Source of the DNA: Phoronis australis
Taxonomy: Eukaryota > Animalia > Phoronida
Direction: 5' to 3'
Assembly (NCBI GenBank): GCA_002633005.1
Contig: NMRA01000048.1
Coordinates: forward strand, 562,303 to 626,302
Length of the DNA stretch: 64,000 nt
How positions within the stretch are numbered: position 1 is the stretch's first letter; each line of letters opens with the position of its first letter. The notes under the pieces were generated by a model. The model ran no database searches. It worked only from the letters and a program-made list of their open reading frames with translations, and was not told where the DNA came from. Below, piece by piece: positions 1 to 10,700 of the stretch. A program made the position numbers and the translations under genes.

Positions 1-157
1 ACAGTATAGTACTCATGACTGGAGATTGCAGTCTACTACCTAACAGTATAGTACTCATGACTGGAGATTGCAATCTACTACCTAACAGTATAGTACTCAT
101 GACTGGAGATTGCAATCTACTACCTAACAGTATAGTACTCATGACTGGAGGTTGCAA
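1..157. repeat. 42-bp minisatellite (~3.7 copies, truncated by window start)
   Basis: Unit ACAGTATAGTACTCATGACTGGAGATTGCA(A/G)TCTACTACCTA repeated head-to-tail. Confidence 0.9.
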
Positions 158-684
158 TTTTCTGTTTTATGATAACACAAACCCATCATTTTGTTCTTTA
201 TTAATTTCCTCAGTGGCTTTTTTAGAATTCCAAATTCCGAGAATAATACTTAATATAATGTAATACCATGAAGTCATAATCTCCAGTTTATTAAAAAGTG
301 ATGTTGGTAGAGTTTGTCTTGGTTAATGTTTTTTCCAAATATGACATCCAGTGTTGTGTAGGAATCGTCCATAAACATCAACATTTTGAAAGCTAGCAAA
401 CTGTAAATTAGAGGGATGTGATTAACGACAGTTGTAAGCTTTTGAATTTTTCTGAAAAAATTGGTGGAAATCATGAAAGAGGAAATTGTCATTTTGAAGG
501 TTCTCCTTATGAAGAGGAAAGAAGCAGACGTTTTGTAGGAGAATTGTGGACAAATCCTACAAGTCTGGTAAAATAACATGAAAAGCGACTATATCACTGG
601 TTTTTGATTTCAATTTTGATCTCATAATTCTAAGTTCCGTCCATTGCAGTTGAACATGGCCTTACTATCTGTTATTTGCTATAG

Positions 685-3338
685 GCACCTGTCCAGCCAC
701 CAGCCTCGGTAATAATCAATCATATGAACCAGGATATGTTACAGCAGAGTTTCTGTGACAGTCAGCTGGACCTCATGAAGCAAGTACGTTGTACCTAACT
801 GTTTAAATTAATTTTTTATCATGCGTGGTGATAATCTTTAATTGAAATAGTGTTACGGTGTCATGGTCAGGAAGACTTGTGGATTTTTTTTATTGAACCA
901 GTGGTCTTGGTGGCTCAGTGGTCTCAAGTGTCTGCACGAAATGGAGAAGGTTGCGGGTTTAAGTCACAATCGGGACGATAGTCTGTTGGTACTTTTAATT
1001 ACTAGGTGATGTGATCTGATCATGTATGACTCTATGGTATTTACTAGGTGATGTGATCTGATCATGTATGACTCTATGGTATTTACTAGGTGATGTGATC
1101 TGATCATGTATGACTCTATGGTATTTACTCTGTTCAAGCTGAAATATAATCAAGAAACATTTTATGAAATGAGTCACATTTGTACATTGTGTACTGTCTT
1201 AAATTTAAATCATTGCCAGTCTCTCAAAAATCAAATGGGATATATGCCCGTTGTGCAAAAAACAATTTGAATATTTTAAAATATTCAAAAATCTGCATTT
1301 TGATCTGTTGAATTGGACCTTTTCAGTTCATGGTAAAATTGGTCTTATAATATCCTTTGCTGTGATAGGATTCTATTTACATTACTAGCAAGAACATTGA
1401 AACCATTAACAACACAAGAACTTGCTACAGAATTTATTCACAAGGTTTGGCCAACCCTAAAGTTATTCAAATATGTTTTGTCAGCAGGGAGAAATGCAGC
1501 TTTAAGGATGTAACAAGTTGTCGGGAAGTTAAAAGGCTGATAAGAATTTATATTTACAAACTTAAGGGAAACAAGTTGTTTGTTATCAGGAGTTGACATC
1601 AAAATTGATTTAAGAGCCAGTTATGATATAATCGTTACCTATTTCCCAATTTTTATATCAGTCTTTTTCCTTATGAAGGACTTTGCCCACATGTTAATTT
1701 TTAATGTACAAATTAAATATTTTCAGCTTGGCATCACAACGTCTGATGATGAGGATGCAGAGAGGGAGAGACGTAGACAACGGAAAAAGGTTTGTTACTA
1801 TTTTATGTCCTGGTTACCACACGTCTAGAATATTCCATTTAACATAACTTGTACCATAACTTGTACCATAACCTGTTCACACCCAAGCGGTTATAACTCT
1901 TGGTCTGAACACTTTAAAACCAGTTTTAAAAGTAAGTTGTAACTGTAGCGCGGTTATAACCCTCTACACGGATGGTTTTTAGAAAGTTAAAAACAATATC
2001 ATTGTATGACCAAGTGTATCACTTTTAAGATAAATTTTTGAATTAATCTCGTGTTTTCATGTCCATCAGTAAATTAATGTTGCAGGTAAAAATTATATCA
2101 GTGTCAAGGATTTTCATTCAGGATATTCATGAAATGCTGATTTGTGAATTGATATTTTTAATTTTTGAGCAATGAGGTTTTACTGACTGAGCTAGATTTG
2201 CTGGACTATCCCACTTCAAATTCAGAGACATATGACTGTTTACATTACTTGGGAGATATTCAAATCCACAGACATATGTCTACATTACTTGGGAGATACT
2301 CAAATCCACAGACATATGTTTACATTACTTGGGAGATATTCAAATCCACAGACATATGTCTACATTACTTGGGAGATACTCAAATCCACAGACATATGTT
2401 TACATTACTTGAGAGATATTCAAATCCACAGACATATGTTTACATTACTTGAGAGATATTCAAATCCAAAGACATGTGTTTGCATTACTTGGGAGATATT
2501 CAAATCCACAGACATGTGTTTACATTACATAGAGTATGTTTTACAATATGGTGGTACCAGTCAAATTTTTTAAACAACTTACACCAAATGTGAAGAATTC
2601 AACAATCTGTGGAAACTGATTAAAACATATCCTTTATTTGTCCAGCAGTCAATCAATTTATGTACTCCTCCACTATTGTGTGATGTGTTAATATGTTGCA
2701 TGTATAGCTATAGCTGGTATGGTCTCGCAAATACATGGAGATAATACCAAATTATGTTGTTGTCCTGTTGGTTTCTTTATGTAGCGTGTAGAGAGACAGT
2801 TTGTTGCCACTAAGAAACAGGAAGCGGAGGAGAGTAAAGAGCCGTCGTACACTGCTGCTGACTTGGAGGCTGCAAGACAGAAGGAGCGGGTAAGGGTGGG
2901 AAATAACCGGACATACGAATGTTCGGTCATTTATCTGGGAGTTACATTCAGTCTTACGCAATGTCTAGTCTCTGAAGCACGTTTTCGGAATTGGCCAATA
3001 CATTGAGACATGTTCAGGTTGCAGTTATGTGCATTGTTTTCATTATAAATTTAATTTTTCTGAGTACCACCAAATTTCAGTGTTTAAATAGTGTAAGACT
3101 TCTGTGTCAACTTGTTTTGTAGTCCAAGACTGATACAGTGACTGGTTAATAACAATTTGCATGTAATTTTTTACCGCTGTGATGCAGTATACAATTTAAT
3201 AAAAACTTTTGTAGGAAGAGAACATGAAAGAATTAGAAAATGCCCGGAAACAGCTTCAGGAGAAACTGAAAGAGGATGTCGATCTTAAAGAGAAGATGAA
3301 AAGTAGCTTTGTTGATGAAATGATGAGAAGACAGAGAG
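685..3338 (+). CDS. Annexin N-terminal extension exons (charged, coiled-coil-like); gene start lies upstream of the window
   Basis: Exons 685-783, 1727-1789, 2785-2889 and 3215-3338 have AG/GT boundaries and compatible phases (0,0,0,1). They splice in frame into the annexin exon at 4755: APVQPPAS...LGITTSDDEDAERERRRQRKK...EENMKELENARKQLQEKLKE...RRQR. Confidence 0.75.
901..980 (+). mobile_element. tRNA-derived SINE head (degenerate)
   Basis: A-box TGGCTCAGTGG (911-921) and degenerate B-box GGTTTAAGTC. Shares TCTGCACG...AGAAGG..GGGTT with the copy at 20925. Confidence 0.5.
999..1128. repeat. 42-bp minisatellite, 3 copies
   Basis: Unit TTACTAGGTGATGTGATCTGATCATGTATGACTCTATGGTAT. Confidence 0.9.
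2217..2528. repeat. 40-bp minisatellite, ~7.5 copies
   Basis: Unit CAGACATATGTTTACATTACTTGGGAGATATTCAAATCCA. Confidence 0.9.
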
Positions 3339-4754
3339 GTAAATGTGTATTATGGTTGTGAAACCTGGTGCCAGAGGGCCCAACTTAGCAGTACTCTCTG
3401 TCAGTACAAAAAGGAGTGTGGCTTGTCTGTCTTTATGCACCCACATATACGTGCATGTTGTCATCATCTGTCCAATGTCTGCTATGCCTCATTGTCTCCC
3501 AACCTCTTATCGATAGACTTTCATGAAGTTTTGTTACGTAGAAAATAAATCCGAAACTAAAAGAGTCGATCTAGATCCTCTAAAGGTCATTTGTTTGTCA
3601 AAAAGTAGAATAAATATACTTAAATAAAACAAACAAATTAAAGTGGATCACTTAACTTTTTGGATATAATAACATCCTTCGTCAACAGAAACAAAAATTA
3701 TATTCGTGAAGTTTTGCAGTCGTTTTGTGGACTAATTGTCTTGCGCCCCCTGGTGGCAGTTGAAAGCTGCATTTCGCCATGTTTCGGTGACTTTTCATGA
3801 AAATTGAGGTGGGACACTTACTAAATTCATAAAATCATTCTCGTAATGCTCCTTACCCTCGTATTATTCTATTTTCATGAAATTATCAGATTTTCTAGTG
3901 CTTTCTGTGCTTAACTGACTTGTTATTGTGCATTGTATTTTTCGTAATAATAAATATTAAAAATAGTGACTTAAGAAAACACTTGAGTTTATTGGGGTTG
4001 GCTAACACTAACATTGCGAATTTGAAAAGGACGCGTCTGTGGATTGCATGTGACTTGAGTTGGCTACAGAAATTAATTTAAAATTTTATCATTTAAGGAA
4101 TATACCGGTATATGAGACCAAGACCACTACAGTATTTGATTTTTAGCCAACTAAACAGAGCAAAAAAGCAGCCTTAAATATTTCAGCGAGGTATAAATAA
4201 GTTCGTTCATGAGATTCAGCTGGACAGGTGTGTTTCTATCATTGAGGGACTAGCCATTGTCTGCTTTAGCTGTGCACCCTAGTCTGACTATTTTAATGTT
4301 GGGTGCCTTCTTCTCCATTTACTCTCACTACTCAGTGGATTGTCATGAAATTTGTCCATTGTCTTCATTTTGAGGATTGCGTGGCTAGTGATGTTTTTTT
4401 CAAATAAATGTAAGCACTACTGCACTTCCTGGTGAGCATTTAAGATAATAATCTCCCTTTGCATCTTTGCTGTTTGCAATACACACAGTGGACACATATC
4501 AATACTTTGCGTATATCCTGTTCTTTAAGAGGTGTGGTGACACAGTTGTCATTTTCCTATTACTTGTGTGATAAGCACCCCCTGCCACTTTAAGGACAAC
4601 ACGCCAATAACACATGGCCGAAAACAAACTATGGAGTTAGACAATGAAGTTATTTTGAATAATACAGTTATGAAAACATAAAAATATGAATTCCACCCAG
4701 AAGCTTTTGTCAATGGTCATATCAATGGGATATACTTAGAGATGTTCTTTTCAG

Positions 4755-7700
4755 TTTCTGGGACCTATGATATGACTTCAGGGACAGTGTTTCCCTTTAA
4801 GACTTACGATGCTAACGACCCTGTGAACAAGTTTTCACAGGCAGAGAGGAAGCTGGATTTGACCAATAAGCCATGGGAGTTGGAGGCGGATTGTGAATAT
4901 TTGAGAAAGGCCATGAAAGGTGTTGGTGAGTAGGAGGCCTTACAAATTAATTTATTGAAAAATTAATAGCATGTAAAGCTGCATTTTGTCACAGCTTTTT
5001 AATGGTATCAAACTAGATTAAAACTTCATGGCTATGGTAATATTGCTATTGATTGCGAACATCTGTAGGAATTGAGAGAGCATCATTCTCGTGAATTAAT
5101 TGAAGCTGTTCAAGTTTGGAAGGACTGACCATCCCTTTCAATATAGATGGATTTTGGAAGGACTGACCATCCCTTTCAATATAGATGGATTTTGGAAGGA
5201 CTGACCATCCCTTTCAATATAGATGGATTTTGGAAGGACTGACCATCCCTTTCAATATAGATGGATTTTGGAAGGACTGACCATCCCTTTCAATATAGAT
5301 AGATTTTGCCACTTTTTTACTTGCTCATGCCCTTGATGATTTTTGTGAGTGAAATTCACTCCCTGTAATCATGTGGAAACCTTTGTTACATATTTTTATG
5401 GCTATGTCGTGTAGTTTATTATTTGCAATATAGACAGAAATTAGAAAGAATTGTGCTTTTTATCGAAATAAAATGTTGGTGTTGTGTATATAAAGAGGAG
5501 ATGATAACAAGGATGGCATTAGAGTGCAGCAAAAGTAAATACTACTTAATATTATTGTTTAGATTAAGTTATGGTTAAAATGATTACTAGAAAATTTACT
5601 GTTCATGTTGCATTTTTTACTTCTGCACTAATTTACATCTTCATGTGAATGACTACTGTTATTGTTACTTGTCAGTAAAAGAAGTCATCGCATGACTGAA
5701 CAAAAACCATTATCTCATTGACAAAAGAGGTAATATGAATCTGAAAGTGATCTTCGTCATATGAGAAAATGTGAAGGTGCGCTTACATAATTATCCAGTG
5801 TTCTCCACAACAGAAAATTCAAACTCGATTTAAATTTCAAAACTCAAGTATATGTGTTCAAAAAACCATGTCCCTACAGTGGAGAGTTTGTGTGTTAAGT
5901 CTTTGAATAAATGGATTGAACTGATACCAAACATCCAAAATATCCTGATTTGTTTAAAAAGTTACTAATCTTCCAATACTTCAGACTGGTTGCGTAGCTT
6001 TTTAAACTCGATGCAAATGAGCCAAACTCGTCACGGCATAGTTCAAACTCATCGCAGTGATGAGTCAAAACAGGTTGTGGAGAACACTGACATCTATTAT
6101 TTGTATGCCTTAAGTGTGAATTGTTTCAGTGTGTATGTGTGTATATGTATGTGTGTATATGTATGTGTGTATATGCATGTGTGTATATGTATGTGTGTAT
6201 ATGCATGTGTGTATATGCATGTGTGTATATGTATGTGTGTATATGTATGTGTGTATATGCATGTGTGCATATGCATGTGTGCATATGCATGTGTGTATAT
6301 GTATGTGTGTATATGTATGTGTGTATGTGCATGTGTGTATGTGCATGTGTGTATGTGTATGTGTGTATATGCATGTGTGTATATGCATGTGTGTATATGC
6401 ATGTGTGTATATGCATGTGTGTATGTGCATGTGTGTATGTGCATGTGTGTATATGTATATGTGTATGTGTATGTGTGTATATGCATGTGTGTATATGTAT
6501 GTGTGTATATGCATATGTGTATATGTATGTGTGTATATGCATGTGTGTATATGTATGTGTGTATATGCATGTGTGTATATGTATGTGTGTATATGTATGT
6601 GGCATTTATGAAGGATTAACTGATAACTTTTAGGTACAGACGAAGATGCCATAATCTATGTGATCACAAGTCGATGTAATGAACAGAGACAACAGCTGAA
6701 GAAACAATTCAAGACACAGTACGGCAGGGTGAGCGATTCTAATCAAGCTTTAAGTTTCACTTTTAAAATACTTCTAGTTGATTATTATGAAAAAGCACAT
6801 TTTCAAAATTTATAGTAAAATTTTTGTGAATAAACGATATTTCAAGTGGTGCTTTTTGTTATGAAAATAAGTTAAACTTACTGGTGGTTAATTTTATTCA
6901 CTTGATAAAAAGCTGTATTCATGCCTGAGAGCTAGTGATTCATTATGTTTTATAGTGGTGGAGAATTAAGGTTCATTTTATAACTTTCATTTTATATCTC
7001 CTGTCTATATTTATTGACATTTTAACATTAAACTGGGTAATGGCTGATTTAGGTTTATGTCTGAAAAGTGTGGGTCTCGAGAGACGTTGGTCAGTCTGGT
7101 TTGATGGGATGTGTTGCACAAAGTCACTGATTTTATTTTGTTCTGTCAAGTGAATGTGGTCTTGTTCAGGACTTGATAGAAGACCTGCACAGTGAGCTGA
7201 GTGGCGATTTCCGTGAGTCTGTGATGGCACTTTTTGTCAACCCTGCCTTGTACGATGCTTGGGCCATTAAGGAAGCCATCTATGTAGGTATATTCAGAAG
7301 ACACTAGTGTTGTGATCTCATCTAAGATTATCTGTTAAACTCTTACTTTACTGAGATGCCAAAGAAAAAGGATACTAGTTGGGCCTGGTCTGTAACCAAC
7401 TCATTTTGAAACCTGCACTCAATACTTTAAGAGAAAAAGTAGCAGATTTTAGGCAAGATCTTGAACGGTCCCACAAAGGCTTGCAAGCTAGGATTTAAAT
7501 ACTGTTGCTCACCTCGTGAGGCATAAAAGTAGAATTCTTTGCTTACTTAGGACACAATATGGATGACAAGTGAAATATTCTGACAAATTTCTCCACAAAA
7601 ATAAAGAAGAAAATGTTGTTCATCATTTATTGTACTGTGTAGATGTCATAAAACAACTTTTCGTAAATTTTTCATTTACACTTAAAAGTAACCAGCTTTT

Positions 7701-10700
7701 AAGAAACAGAAAATTGATAATTTTGGCAATTAGTTTTGTGTGAAATAACTAGGCAATTATTGTATATTGATTCTTTAGATGATGCATTGCCTTGCACACA
7801 CAAATGTGCCCTAAATTTCCTTCAAAAACACACCTTGGGATTCTTACGCAGGTGTCATTTGGAGGATGGGCTCTCAAATAAGTGACTTTCATGGCCAGAT
7901 GTCCTCCCAAAGAATGCCTTTTCTGATTTAACTCCCTACAACAAGGTTCATTTTTATTGAACTATATTACTTTTAGTGCTGTAGTCCAAATGGTTGATTC
8001 AATTTTAATTCAATATATCAGTGTTTTGTATTTGATATCTCTACAAAAGAGTTATGTCTTAAGAAAAAGATGACCAAAGGATGGCTGATTCACAGAAACT
8101 GCCAGCAAAAGGGGCTCTTTTTCAAAAACCAGTTAAATTTAGATTAATTTTTTGAATCACAGGGCCCTGGAACAGACGAGTCGACCCTCATTGAAGTTTT
8201 ACTTACAAGAACCAATGGTCAGATTCAGGAAATGAAAGCGGTCTACCCTCAAGTGGCCAGCCCACATCGTGCCAAGAATACAAACCTTTTGGACAAAGAC
8301 ATAGCAGACGACACGAGTGGTGACTTCAAACGTCTGCTCATCTCAGCCGCTCAAGGCAACCGCAGTGAACTAACGCGGGAACAGCTGTATGAGGCCACGG
8401 AGGAAATTTGCATTGACGGAAAAGAGACTGGTAAATGTAATTTGTGGTTTTGGCATGTACGTGTATTGAGTCTATGATATCAAATTACAGAACCCATGCA
8501 ACTGCACTCAGAAAGCAGGGTACTATGTTGTTAAACCTGGTGATATGTCAATCACGTCAGGTGGCAGTCATTGATAGGGATTCAGTGATGCTATCAGGGT
8601 GTGTGCTTGGTAAAACAAATTCCTTGTGAGTGTGGTGAGTTCATGCAATGTCTCACTAAATCAAGCAAGTGACTTGCAAGTAAGCTTACGACCTTACTTG
8701 CAGAATAGCTGCCACTGAAATGATTTGTTGAGATTAATTATGGGAAAAATATGTGGTTTCTGTTCCATTACTGAAAATTTCTTGCCTGAAGTTACTTGCG
8801 AGTCCTGATCCTCTGCCAAACACTGCAAATTATATTGCATCAATCTGAAAAGCTTTTATTCTAATCCTGCCACTTCATACATTATACAGGAATGTTCAAA
8901 CTGAACTTTGAGAAGTTGGTTGATGTTAATCGATGTAAGACATATGCGAAGAGACTGTACGATGCAGGAGAAGCAAAGTGGGGTACTGATGAGGAAGTTT
9001 TTAACATGATCTTCTCCACAAAGAGTTACTATGAACTCAGAGTAATCTGGGATGAGTATGTCAAGGTATGTTAACTCTAACATGTGTACAATGACATGAA
9101 TTTTTCAGTGGCAATAAAACGGCAATTTTAGTGTTTGTTGATTAAAAACTTTGGATAAATTCAATGATTTTAAGAATTATAACTATGAAACATTTCTTGC
9201 ACTGACAGTAGAATAAATATACGTAAATAAAACAACAAAAATGGGTCACTGAAATTTTCGGATATAATAACGAAGGACGTCAACAGAAACAGAAATATAG
9301 TAAAATCAAACACTATATGATCAAGAAAATAACTACGGTTTTAAAACATGTTTCGGTGTCATTTATTAAACACCATCCTCAGAAGTCATAATACAGCGGC
9401 CACCTAGCTAGGCCCAGCAACAAGTAATGAAGCACAGATACAGTCAGTTACAGGGAGTGACAATGAACTAGACCAAAAATGACAACCTGTGGTGTGTCAG
9501 TTGCCTATTGAGATTGGGCTTGCACCAACTGATATGTAAAGCCTCACGAATTTTAAGCTCCTTTGTTGTTACTGCCTGGTCTATTATTGCAAAGTCATTG
9601 AAAGAGCACTGCTGAAAACAATGATTGGAGCTCTGTAGGTGAATATTTACATGTGAATTACTGGTAGAATTTAGATGTTCCTTGGTCCTGGTTTTCAAAT
9701 GGCGAACAGTTTCGCCTATATAACTGGAGCCACATCCAGCACAGATAAATTTGTATACTACCTTGGACCGTAGACCCATAGAAATTTTGTCCTTAGGGTT
9801 AAATAAACTCGACAGTTTTAGAGACAACCAAATCACTCTAAGGATGATTGCAAAAGATGGCATGTATGTTACTTCTTACTATGAAGAGGACGGTTGACCA
9901 TGATTTTCTGACGACTTTGACTACTGCGGCGCCTCCTAGTGGCAGTTTTGTTTGTTTTTGCGCCCATGGCTGTATCTCCTAAACGCTCCTCAGGATCTTT
10001 ATTAAATATTAAATGCAGAAAATGTGTTAATATGAAGTTGACAACGGACGACGACGACTTTCAGACAGATCGAACTACAGGTGTGCCCCCTAGTGGCAAT
10101 TTTAGTTCTTTTTACTTTTACCTCTGCATCTTCAAAGGTCCTTGATGGATTTCTATAAAATTTGGCACATAGGCATCTATAAATGAGGTGACGCTATCCT
10201 CCTGTTTTCGGATGGATTCGAGGTATTTTGCGCTACCTATTGGCCATTTTTACTGTTTTCATGTAGTTTTCCGTCTGTGTCGCCATCAACCAAACTGCTC
10301 TAAAGATGAATGTGAAAATTGGCACGATTGGGTTATGTATTGTTAGTGTGAAGAGGACAGTTGACGATAATTTTCCGGCTTCAATTACTGTGGCGCCTCC
10401 TAGTGGCAGTTTTTTGTGCCCTTAGCTGTATCTCCTAACCCTTCTGCAGAATGTTTATTAAATTTAGCTAGTGTATTTACATGATGTTGACAACGGAAGA
10501 CGGCAACTTTCAGACGGATCTGATGAATGCTTTGTCCCCCTAGTGGCAATTTCATTTTTTCCCTTTTGTTAACGTTTCTCGACGGGATTTTCATGAAATG
10601 TAATAAATAATTTTCTGTTTTAATCGGTGACATTTTCCATTTTTTTGATGGATTCGAAGTATTTTGCTCTATCTAGTGGCCATTTCTATGATGCAAATAA

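Noticed and set aside
274-579. Minus ORF with FMDD, an RT-like motif
   Set aside because: No other RT motifs recognisable; insufficient support.
2165-2573. Repetitive ORFs
   Set aside because: They arise from a 40-bp minisatellite.
5990-6652. Six overlapping Cys/His-rich ORFs
   Set aside because: Translations of a TG/TA microsatellite inside an annexin intron.
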